NCBI RefSeq assembly: GCF_964204645.1
Contig: NC_134031.1
Span: 1 to 64,000 of the forward strand
Reading direction: 5' to 3'
Origin: Tubulanus polymorphus
Lineage: Eukaryota > Animalia > Nemertea
Length of the DNA stretch: 64,000 nt
The position numbers and the translations under genes are program-made. The stretch's first letter is position 1; every line of letters starts with the position of its first letter. The notes below the pieces were generated by a model. That model saw only the letters and a list, made by a program, of their open reading frames with translations, was not told the origin of the DNA and ran no database searches. This document shows positions 52,670 to 64,000 of the stretch, one piece after another.

Positions 52670-55600
52670 GGGAATTCACTTCACATTTGTTTAAGATGGA
52701 CATCGCTTTAGATCCTCAAAACCAATAGAGTACCGGTAAATATCTCTACAGATTCTAGTCTCTGTTTGACTGTACATTTATAAACTCATTTCCTGATTAG
52801 AAGCTACATTAATCAGTGAAGGCGAATTTTCAATCACTTCTATTCTGGTCAAAGTTCGAATCATCAAAATTATACAACTGTTGTATTCTAGGGTCTAAAA
52901 TAAAGCTGAACTTGCAGTAAACATTGCGCTCCACAAATCAAACAAGTCAGAAGCGGTGAGTTTTATATCGATTTATTGCAGTAATTTGTGGTGATCTTCA
53001 AATCAAGTCCAGAAAATGATGTTTTGATCGGTCAATGTTGGCAGGTATCAACGTTTTACTAGAGGACGCAGTCTAAAGCTACCATCAAACCTCTCAGAAA
53101 TCTGCATATACTCGACACATTGTGATAAACTACTCATTAACCCGGTAGGTTTTCTGTCAATTGAACACAAACAAGTTGCAGTTTCTATCTATTTCATTAA
53201 CCATTTTCTGGCATAATTTTCTCTTTCCAGAATGCAATACGCCCAACACAAATTGGAACTGGAGAAAATAAAAATATTCACCTTCAAAGAGTAAAGAAGC
53301 TCTAGTTGCTGAAGCTGCTGCTATCGTTTTTTAAGAATTTATTTTCTCAGAAAATCATCAGTTCTCTTAACTTCATGACATTATTACTGTTGGAGGTGAA
53401 ATCCTGCTAGATGGCACTGAACTAATCTGATATGAGTTTAGAAATGGTGAGTCTTTCATCACTCCACTGTGCTCTAATTTCATTATATTCTAACATTTAA
53501 TTATTCTGTACAGAATTTTTATGTGTGATTCTCAGGAAAGCAGTGCGGCTGCTGCTGCTGCCGCTGCCGCTGCCGCCGCCGCCGCCGCCGCCGCCGCTGC
53601 TGCTGCTTAATTCTGCTCAACACAAGTTTGAAAATACATTACTTAGTATTTTCATAGTATAATGATTTTTTGCAGCATGAAATTTGTCCAATAGAACAGT
53701 TTGAAAAGTGATCAAAGATTGAATAATGGTGTTGAATTATCTAGTATTAAAAGGTAATTATAGATTCTAGTTACCGAATTATGTCATGAAGACAATTCCC
53801 ACTTGACTGTTAATTCAATCGAACATTTTCTATGTAATATTTGCTGACGCAAGTTTTCTCTATTCTAGGACGAAGTGGGCATCGGGACTAATTTGCCATT
53901 TGACAGGGACAGCGACCAACCATCTACCTGGAGCCAAATGAATATTGTTTATCTGTGCCGACCGGCACGGGCAGCCTACTGTTGTTCTGTTTATGATGGT
54001 TTGATAGACTGTGTATCACATATCCCTAAAAACAATAGAGTCATCCCCTGACCCCCTGATCCCCTGATCTCTCAAAGCTGTGGTGTCATTTTTGCTAATA
54101 GAATAATAGCCTGACACGGGCATAGAATATATAATTTAAACTTTATCAAAAATCAGAATCAAAATAATAAAAGTATAATGAAGAAATAACTAGAACAACC
54201 TATACGCACAAAATAACAAAACCTCGACCTTAGCACTGAACACTCGCTTTACTTTCCTAATTAACTTGTTTTTCCCTGTTTTAGTTATTCTTCAGACTTG
54301 ATGATGGTCTCTACAAAGACTCCAAAATGTTGTGTCTTTTACTTCTATTAAGTTTCTATATAGTGGGTTTTAAAGTTTTAGTGAAAATTGAAATTGAAGA
54401 TTAAATGTAGCTGTAAAGCAGCGATAACTGGTTGCATTAGTTTGTAATTGTTTGTACCCCACGACCCAGTTTTATTGGTCTGGTTTTGTAAAAAAATTGT
54501 ATGATACACATATTGTATAATGATGTAATATGGACATGTTTTAAGTCACTCAATCAATGAAACCATAAAGTTGAAATATCGACAGGTTTTCTTTATTATG
54601 TGACTATAATATTTCGTGTGAACTGTTGTTCTGTTTTATTTGAAATAAAGATGAATTTTCTGTGTTGTTTTAGTAGTTGTGATTACAGACGCCAGCAGTT
54701 TCACACGCACTCAGTGCGTCACACGTAAATCCCACGGGTTCAGTTTCATAGAAATTATTTACTCAAAAAACTTCACTCAATTCGACTTAATATTTTTGAA
54801 GAAACTGAGCCTAGGGTACAGTTTCACAAACCAATTGCGTTCAAACATTTTATTTTGAAGAAAAAAGTAAATGCAAGTTAAAATTGATTGATACTTTCTC
54901 TGTGAAACTGGACACTCGCTATTCAGTGTGCGAAACTGCAGCATCTAAATCTGATTGAAACCCTCGCATCATAAACCAAATCCTACCGAGGGTACGGTTT
55001 CACATATACGGATTAATTATCAAAGATCAACAAAAAAGAGAAACTGAGTTCATCTGTTTTTGTGAGATTTGATCCAGATTAAATTTCTTCACAAATTCAG
55101 TTAAAAAATACATCGTTTTTTTGTGAAACTGCGACCCCTGCTGTCCACTCGAGGGATTCATTTATTCTTTCTTACCTAAGTATGCGAGGGTTTCAATTCG
55201 ATGGTCCAACTACTATTCTTAAAAGGGCAGGTGCGTTACATGACAATGAGTAAATAAATATAGATAAATGTTGCCATAAGTCGTGTGTGCGTTATTTAAT
55301 CATTTTTGAGAAACAACCTAGTACTGTAATAGTGCTGGGTTCGAGCCCGGGACACCCCTGTACATCCTATATTCAGCATCAGTACCACTGAATCAGTATA
55401 AGTAATTACTGGGTTTGAACCCGAGATACCCCTGTACATCCTCTATTCACAATCAGGACAACTTGGACCACTACTGGTTTCGAACCCGGGACACCCCTGT
55501 ACATCATCTAATTAGCATCGGGACTGCTCAGAACCAGTATCAGTAATTACTGGTTTCGAACCCGGGACACCCCTGTACATCCTCCATTCAGCATCAGGAC

Positions 55601-56356
55601 CAATGAGAATCAGTTATCAGTAATTACTTTTGTTAAGATATCAACATTTTACCGTACGGTGCTGCCTCTATGCTCATCGGTAGCGGGATTATCATACACT
55701 AACGTTAGTCAACTCTGGCAATCAAGTGTAACGGAGTATAACTGGACACCACGAAGATTGCCAGAGTTGACTTCAGTTAGTGTATGGAAATCCCGCTAAC
55801 GATGAGCATAGCGGCAGCACCGTACGGTCGGGACTACCCCGTTCATCCTCCATTCAGCATCAGGACAACTTGGACCACTACTGAGTTCGAACCCGGGACA
55901 CCCCTGTACATCATCTAATCAGCATCAGAACCACTCTGAATCAGTATCAGTAATTACTGGTTCTCGACCCGGGACACACCCCTGTACATCCTCGATTCAG
56001 CATCAGGACCAATCAGAATCAGTACCAATAGACCGGATTTGAATCCGGGATACCCCTGTACATCCTCCATTCAGCATCAGGACAACTTGGACCACTACTG
56101 AGTTCGAACCCGGTACACCCCTGTACATCATCTAATCAGCATCAGGACCTCTGAATCAGTATCAGTAATTACTGGGTTCGAACCCGTGACACCCCTGTAC
56201 ATCCTCTATTCAGTATCAAGACCACTCTGAACCAGTATCAGTAATTACTGGGTTCGAACCCGTGACACCCCTGTTCATCCTCTATTCAGTATCAAGACCA
56301 CTCTGAAGCAGTATCAGTAATTACTTGGTTCGAACGCGGGACAACCCGTACCCATT

Positions 56357-56740
56357 ATGACGCGATTAGACACGTGTTCGATTGTCGTCCTCATTCAGAA
56401 GATGAATTTAATTGTGAAACATGGTCATATCCAGGAATGTTTAAACCCGGCGATCAATGTCTCGACTAAAACCGTGTCTATATCGATATTTGTACTGTTA
56501 ATCGTCGTATTAGGTGCCTACGGATTCATCTTCTTTACGATAACCTACAACGATACGATTTCAAACTGTGTTCTACCCGTACTCGTAGTAGGCCTAACTA
56601 CCAATTTCACGTTGTTTGGAGCCATTTTAGGACAGTGTAACTTCAACCTAGAGCGATTTCACCCACCCCGAGTGCTACTTGATAAAAGTTCCTGTGGATC
56701 AAGTTTAATCGTAATCGGTCCATTGGGCCAAGAGATATAG
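56357..56740 (+). pseudogene. Second uninterrupted copy of the 127-aa membrane-protein-like ORF (unit E)
   Basis: Five substitutions relative to 10258-10641. Confidence 0.35.
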
Positions 56741-57439
56741 ACATTTATCCAAAGCGACACCTATGGAAAAGAGTGGAAATGGTTGCATACCAACCTTAAA
56801 GTAGATATTGTGGTTTTTATATATGTTGAATAATGTCACCAACTCTTTCATTCATTCAGAAATAAACTACTGTATTGAGCGAAGTATCTTTTAAATAAAG
56901 TGGCCTCCACTAGATAAAGCAAATATATGTGTTCAAAATATATAAGTTAGTATAGAATCTATTGACCAAAAAATAACCCGAGTCAAACAGATGATCATCG
57001 TACTACAAATACCTCGCTGGGCCAAAAATTAGCCCCAACCTGAGGCACTAACCCTAACCCTAGCAGGACTCGAACCTGCGACCTCCAGCATGCCGGCCGA
57101 GCACGTTAACCACTAGACCGCCGAGTTCTGGTGACTGACCTGGTTTGTGAATATGTGTGGTCAGTGTGGTACAAGGCCAACACTAGGGTTATGAGTTTAT
57201 TAAACAGGCCAACACTAGGCCAACACAGCATCAGGACCACTCTGAATCAGTATCAGTAATTACTTTGGTAACTCATTTGACCCGAGGAATTTCATAGATC
57301 ACAGCCTTCTTACTATCATTGATATGAGACGAGATATTTCATAGCCGTCGCAGGATTCTTACTAGTCGGATGCGACGGCGACATAGCCGCCGACGACGAC
57401 TTATTCTGAAAGCTCTGCTTAACATATCATCACGTTCAA

Positions 57440-59810
57440 ATGACTTTAAAAAATAAATTTCATGCAAAAGTCACGCATAAAAACACTATATTATATCTAG
57501 CCCATTTAAGGAGGGGTATTTAGGATCGGTAAAAAAAATAAACGGCTGAAAGTTTTGATAACGTATTAATGAACTGTATATACCGGGTACTAGATAACGT
57601 ATACAATTCGGGTATAGAAACTGTTTCTATCCTAAGTTCTGAGTTCAAGATATTTGTAAACTTCCTTTAATGATACTGAAAAATAACATAATTACAGTCG
57701 TTAATATAAAGAAATGTTCCTACCTACAAAACTGCAACTTTTCACCAGTTTCCGACCTGATCCAGTTATTTCATAAGTTAATCCCATCCTGAGTCAATTT
57801 AATTCCGTGTCCAAGTCTTTAAACGTTCACAAAATCCAGTTTTCAGGCGAAATTTTCTATCGAAGTTCGGTTGAAAATCGTTCCAATTTTTTTAGTTCAT
57901 ACAATCTTAAAACTTTCCAAAACAATTTCTCCGTAATGATCATACGATTCCCGATTGAATTAATTCCTTTCCGAGTGAAATCCAGTCAGAATAACGAAAG
58001 ATGGCGCACGATTCGACTGATATTACGATTTTTTGATGAAATCGAATTTCCCGGCGCCTGCGACAAGCCCAGACACGCTTCAGTACGCGGCCGCTGATTG
58101 GCTAATCGATCTCAATTGGGGGATATCGTCTATTGCTAGTGCGCGGGATATTTCAATTGTAGCGTGTTCTATTGTGTTGTTACAATAGGGGGATGAGCTA
58201 TTGCGACAGCGGGATGCGGGATGGGTCCATTTGTTACATATCTCTTGAAATATCGAGCCGGGGATAGTTCCATCCTCGATACTTTACTGATTGAGGTTTT
58301 AGAGGTGTTTATAAAGGTTTATCGCCGTTTTTTAATGATATTCTGTAAAAAGGAACTTGAAGATACCGATTACCCTCTCACTGGACGGGTTTATGTGTGC
58401 AGCTGATATAGCGATCTCATTAGATGGCGCCTATGACACAAAGTCGTGACCTGGTGACCACATACATGTATCATTATGTAGAAATCATGGAGGGCATATA
58501 ATTCTCTTGATAAACTATCGGGCGACGAACGTCCAGCGAACAGGTTCGTAGATGAGACTCATTTGATATACGATTAGGCGCCATGTACTGGTCGGGGATG
58601 GGGGCGAGAGAAGCGAAATAAAGGCTCAAAATTACTGATCAAATAAAGAGTCTGACCTCGATCAAACACGTCAACTTGAACCCACCCAGGTAGTGATTGC
58701 AGTTCGAGGTTTTAGTTAACCACATGCGGACGCGTCTGGGGGCAGGGGTGGAGTGTGTTTGGGGTGTGACAAATGATTATTCCAGTTTTCCTGCTGCATG
58801 TCCGTTATCCTAAACCAGGGAAAAGAATTGGACCGGGAGAGACCATTACTATCAGACCATGATATAAAGAAATAATTGTCTATTCATTAATATACTTCTA
58901 TTTATTTCCATTAACACTATATACTATATAAGATTGATTCAGTAAAATGAGTTAATTTTGTAAGGAAAAAAAATTCGTGAAATTTGGTGTCAAATATGCA
59001 GATGACTCGCAACACTTGAACCTGGGACACATCCTCTATTCAACATCCAGTGGCAAGTTTGAAAACCAGTGGCAGGGTTCGAATCAGGGACACCCAGTTT
59101 AATTTGTTGGTTCCCATAGATGATGCATATAAAATAAGGTGCATTGAAACTCCATTCATTATCAATTCATAAAATAGATAAGATTCCTAGGGGCACACGT
59201 ATAGATAAGATTCCTAGGGGCACACGTATAATGACACGGAGTAAATAATGTAAATATCTTTTCTTAATTTATAGAGTGAAGAGGAGAATAATGACAGTTT
59301 TCATCATCATCATCATCATCATCATCATCGTCTGTGCACCTGTCTGAAGGGGTCACCCAGACTCTGCAACATTACGGCCTCAGTATGATATCATTCGAGG
59401 TCAAGTTCTATATTTCTGTAACAAATTTCTATGAAATATTTTGCTCAAATAAATTATTTGTTATCATGGAAATAAGTGTAGGTATTCAATTTTGGCTCCG
59501 TTCTGAGGAATTACTATTTTTCAATACCTCACTAAGTCAAGAATTTCGGCCTTGCCATCACCATGACAACGCACCAGTCAATACAAACAACAATCATTCA
59601 GAAATGAAGCCCTGTAGATTCTCGAATTTGGTTTAAAGTTTATTTTGGTTGAGTATATACTCTGAATGATGCAAAGTTTTAGAGACACTGGTTTTATCAA
59701 AACCATCTCAGTACTGATGGTTAACTTTACTGCCAGTCCCTGGGGGCTTTTAGTCACTCAGATATTGTGATACAATGTCTTCAGATCAGCAAAAAATCCA
59801 CAACTCAACC
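57440..59810 (+). repeat. Right copy of direct segmental duplication (partner 870-3340)
   Basis: Collinear homology; lacks the 424-bp MITE and the inverted exon. Confidence 0.85.
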
Positions 59811-59837
59811 CTGGCCTATTTAATAAACGTAGTTACT

Positions 59838-60268
59838 CTGTGTTGGCCTGGTGAATAAACGTAATAACCCTCGTGTTGGCCTGGTGAATAAACGTAATAA
59901 CCCTCGTGTTGGCCTGGTGAATAAACGTAATAACCCTCGTGTTGGCCTGGTGAATAAACGTAATAACCCTCGTGTTGGCCTGGTGAATAAACGTAATAAC
60001 CCTCGTGTTGGCCTGGTGAATAAACGTAATAACCCTCGTGTTGGCCTGGTGAATAAACGTAATAACCCTCGTGTTGGCCTGGTGAATAAACGCAGTAACC
60101 CTAGTGTTGGCCTAGTGAATAAACGCAGTAACCCTAGTGTTGGCCTGGTGAATAAACGCAGTAACCCTAGTGTTGGCCTGTGAATAAACGCACAAACCCT
60201 AGTGTTGGCCTGTGAATAAACGCACAAAAACCCTAGTGTTGGCCTGTGAATAAACGTAGTTACCCTAA
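59838..60268 (-). repeat. 33-bp minisatellite, ~13 copies, inverted relative to the copies in the array
   Basis: GTGTTGGCCTGGTGAATAAACGTAATAACCCTC units. Confidence 0.95.
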
Positions 60269-60447
60269 TGTAGTGCAGGCAAGGTTTTTATTTTTATTTT
60301 TGGAAAAATGAAACGAAACATTAACAAATGACATTATTCAGATTTTTATTAAATTGAATTGTTCACCCTCGGCGACTTCAAGGTCGAAGAGCCGTCAATT
60401 AATTTTATTTATTTATTTATTATCGTCCTTCTATCGTTCTATTAACA

Positions 60448-60463
60448 CGGCAGCGGCAGCGGC

Positions 60464-60496
<33 letters not shown>
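60448..60496 (+). repeat. (CGG/CAG)n microsatellite just upstream of the SLC16 start codon
   Basis: About 16 CGG/CAG triplets. Confidence 0.9.
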
Positions 60497-60497
<1 letters not shown>

Positions 60498-60511
60498 CGG
60501 GTCGGTGCAGG

Positions 60512-62678
60512 ATGATCTGTAGCAAAGATGAGGAAGAAATGAATGAATCTGAAACCCTACGATTAAACTGCAATGAAGAAGAGCCTGATGATGAGAAAAC
60601 TGGTGCAGCAGGTTAGTCAACTCGAAGGAGAGTGAGGAGAGACTCAGAGAGGGATTCCATGTTTACTAATTCAGTTAGGATACTCAACAATCCAATGACT
60701 AAACTCATACAGTTATTTTGTCTGTTTTATCATTGCAGTAAATAAGACAGCAGCAGCAGCAGCCCCGGACGGAGGTTGGGGCTGGTTCTGTGTTTTAGGC
60801 TGCGCGTTCATGCATGCGTTTGTAGTTGGTAATGATCGATGTTTTGGTCTGATTTATTTAAAACTGGAGGAAAGATTTGGACAGAGTTCAGCGATGACGG
60901 CTTGGGTGGGAGGAGTAGCTATATCACTGAGAATGGGTCTAGGTTAGTATCGATTTCAACTTGAGCTTGAGAGGACTGTGTCTGGTTCAGTCAGCTGTGG
61001 TCTCGAGTCAAGTTTACTTCCCCCTCCCCTCACACACAGCCCGTTTTAATTAATCCTGGATTTATTATTATTATTGCAGGTCCTGTAACGAGTATTCTAT
61101 CGAACAGGTTTAACTATAGATTAGTGGTGATGTTTGGAAGTTGTTTACTGTTTTTAGGAGTTACTCTCAGTTCTCTCGTTCCGAGTCTATCCTATCTATA
61201 TTTAACCTGGGGAGTTATTTTAGGTAAAGTATGAGGTTTGTGATTAAGTTAATTTTATCAGGTGCTGGTGTTGCTATGGTTTATACTCCTAGTTTAATGT
61301 TGTTATTGTTGTATATTTCAGGTACTGGTGTTGCTATGGTTTATACTCCTAGTTTAATGTTGTTATTGTTGTATATTTCAGGTGCTGGTGTTGCTATGGT
61401 TTATACTCCTAGTTTAATGTTGTTATTGTTGTATATTTCAGGTACTGGTGGGGCTATGGTTTATACTCATAGTTTAATGTTGTTATTGTTGTATATTTCA
61501 GGTGCTGGTGTTGCTATGGTTTATACTCCTAGTTTAATGTTGTTATTGTTGTATATTTCAGGTACTGGTGTTGCTATGGTTTATACTCCTAGTTTAATGT
61601 TGTTATTGTTGTATATTTCAGGTGCTGGTGTTGCTATGGTTTATACTCCTAGTTTAATGTTGTTATTGTTGTATATTTCAGGTACTGGTGTTGCTATGGT
61701 TTATACTCCTAGTTTAATGTTGTTATTGTTGTATATTTCAGGTACTGGTGGTGCTATGGTTTATACTCCTAGTTTTATAGTATTAGGAGATTATTTTAAC
61801 GATCGTCGAGCCGTCGCTAATGGATTATCCTCGGCCGGTTCGGGACTCGGTTCATTCGTTTTACCTCAAATATGTCGTCTATTGTTAGAATATTATAATT
61901 ACCGCGGTACTTTGTTAATAATGGGAGCCGTTATTTTTAACGTGATAAATTGCGGTGCTTTGTATCGACCTTTAAAACGATCGAAGGTGAAGGTTGTATG
62001 TATTGATTACGGGTTATTAAGGAATATAGAGTTTGTTCTATATGCTGTGTTTATAGGTATATGTACGATGTCGTATATGTCGATTCCTACATTTATTCCT
62101 GCTTTAGCCGTTCAGAAATCAATTGATTGGACACAAACCGCGTATTTCCTGTCCGCTTACGGAGTTACTAATATGATCGGTCGTTTGGTATCCGGATTTA
62201 TTTTTGATTGTAGTAAAATTCGTCCGATTCGTCGGTATATTTATAATATTACTCCGTTTTTATTATTTATAACAATGATAATGTTTCCGTTAGCGACCGG
62301 GTTTACCGGGTTTATCTTATGCTCGTTGTGTTACGGTTTAAGTAATGGTTTATTTGTTTCTCAGATCGCTAGTATTCTTGCGGATATCGTCGGGGCCGAC
62401 CGGTTCTCCGGTTCTATCGGTATCGTAACGTTCTTCCGAGGGTTCGGAGTCATGGTCGCTCCAGTTGTCGGAGGTAAGTTATTCAAATTGCTCCGACGAC
62501 GAATTTGTGCGAAATACTGGTTTTAATTGTTGTGTATTCTATATTTTCAGGACATATAAAAGATGTAACCGGTAGTTACGATTATCTGTTTTATATGAAC
62601 GGAGGTTTAGCCGTTTTATCCGGGATTATATTCGTAATCGCGAATATCTATCATTATCGCCATCAATCATCGTCCTAA
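60512..62678 (+). CDS. Monocarboxylate transporter (SLC16/MCT family, MFS), ~435 aa; exons 60512-60611, 60739-60942, 61080-61223, 61742-62473, 62551-62678
   Basis: PDGGWGW signature, YFNDRRAVANG and GALYRP motifs, GT-AG introns all phase 1, total 1308 nt in frame; paralog identity not assignable. Confidence 0.92.
61261..61775 (+). repeat. 60-bp tandem repeat of the intron 3/exon 4 junction (nine AG acceptors)
   Basis: Eight full units plus the ninth exon start; every unit ends TATATTTCAG. Confidence 0.97.
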
Positions 62679-62965
62679 CTCCGCCCCCATTCTTCGAGGT
62701 GACTCCGCCCCCATTCCTCGCGATAACTCCGCCCACTACCGACAAAAGAAGTATATTATACCATATTTTCCTAAAAATATATTTGACGAATATATTTTAT
62801 ATTATTAATATACGATAAATTTATTATAAATTAATCCGAAAAATTGACATCGAATAAAATCTAAAATTTTATCAAGTTATGTATAAATTTCATACGAATA
62901 TAAATAAATATATTTATAATAAATTATGAATGCGTTATTTTCGTAATTTTTTAAAGAGGAATTGA

Positions 62966-64000
62966 TTAAAATAAATGACTTAAATAGAAAGTAGTTTCCT
63001 GAATGATTGCATATGTATAAACACGTAATATATAGAACAATGTTAATACATCATGAGTACTGAATATTGTATCGGCTAAACCAAACGTTAGAGTGGAAGG
63101 GATGAATCCACGTCCGTATTCCAGCATCCACGTTCCACCGTGGAATGTAACCGATGTAGCATCTCCCCAAACATGTTTCACCGTATCACCTAGAAATATC
63201 AGACAAACAGCGCATCGATGGCATTACTTCGCAATTATTCCCACAAGGTGGCGCCTCAGAGGCGAGACAATTCTTACCAGCAACAAACGTGTGATTGGTC
63301 AACGTTCCTTCCTTCCATTGAGTCATAGCACCTGAGAGTAAAGTGTCCGATACATTCACCAGATATCTACCTGAAATCATCGAATCGATACTCATTGAGT
63401 AAAAGTAGAGTACTGGAGGGGTATAACTTACAACAGGAGGAGGGAGTTTACTAACCGGAATGTCCTGTAGTATATACAGCAGATCCAAAGAACAGTATAT
63501 ATTCAGTAAGAGATGCGTGTATTACATTAATACTTCCCATCCATCCACCACAGTTTATAAAAACCCACTGTAAATATTCATCTGATAAAATGTGTCCATC
63601 ATATCTTTCTCTCAAATCATTCAGTATTAATTTCATAGAGGTTTCAGCGTCCAGATGTTTATCTGTAAAATACAAGTTACATTAGTATCCTCCAGGACAG
63701 GAATAACGGAGGGTTCTTCTAGCAGAAAGTTGTAACTTGACGCGAGACTCAGAGGAAAGATCTTGACAATGATATCATCGTGGTTGGTGTTGTGAGGATG
63801 GTAAGTAGAAAGGGTTAGGGGAGTACGGTGCTCTACTTGGTTGGGGAACAAGGCCGGCTTATTTTAGACTATGTCACTAGGGATTGTGGATACTAACCAG
63901 TGATGATATGTCTCCTGGCAAGTGAATGTAACTCATCTTCATCTATTAAATACTGTTTGTTTTTAATCCACGAGTGAATGAGAAATATAGAAACGGCAAC
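62966..64000 (-). CDS. SIGMAR1: Sigma non-opioid intracellular receptor 1 (ERG2/sigma-1 family), 5' end outside window; exons >64000-63898, 63662-63456, 63370-63278, 63189-62966
   Basis: [47 protein letters not shown] motifs; GT-AG introns keep the frame. Confidence 0.96.

Larger units (their letters stand above)
9694..57270 (+). repeat. Macrosatellite: ~4.2 tandem copies of an 11-12 kb unit (A 9694-21985, B 21986-33154, C 33155-44323, D 44324-55249, partial E 55250-57270)
   Basis: Identical ORF-track entries recur at an offset of 11,169 (22018/33187/44356; 28869/40038); direct comparison of the units. Confidence 0.98.

Noticed and set aside
61231-62526. 431-aa single-exon ORF as the real protein
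   Set aside because: It starts in intron 3 and runs into intron 4; the spliced five-exon model restores the MCT N- and C-termini

Overview
Animal (invertebrate) genomic DNA, AT-rich, with spliceosomal introns and TTAGGG motifs; the species cannot be named from sequence alone. Only two intact protein-coding genes are recognisable, both at the right end and convergent. One is a five-exon SLC16/monocarboxylate-transporter gene (+, 60512-62678) whose exon-4 acceptor is tandemly amplified as nine in-frame 60-bp units. The other is SIGMAR1 (-, from beyond 64000 to 62966). About 47.6 kb (9694-57270) is a macrosatellite of ~4.2 copies of an 11-12 kb composite unit, with a period of exactly 11,169 bp for the central copies. 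Each full unit carries a B-box minisatellite, a GPCR-like ORF relic, a tRNA-like head fused to TTAGGG repeats, a bidirectional promoter with two decayed first exons, and a palindromic element made of two outward-facing tRNA-like heads. It also carries a ~200-bp inverted repeat with G-quadruplex tracts, a 64-bp stop-free VNTR exon, further stop-riddled exons, Helitron-like 3' hairpins, a dead Penelope-type hammerhead and a nest of Harbinger-like MITEs. The array is bracketed by an older ~2.4-kb direct segmental duplication (870-3340 / 57440-59810). The first 9.7 kb holds two copies of a spliced non-coding or pseudogenic unit peppered with MITEs. Most short ORFs in the track are spurious. Functional interpretations of the array are inference.
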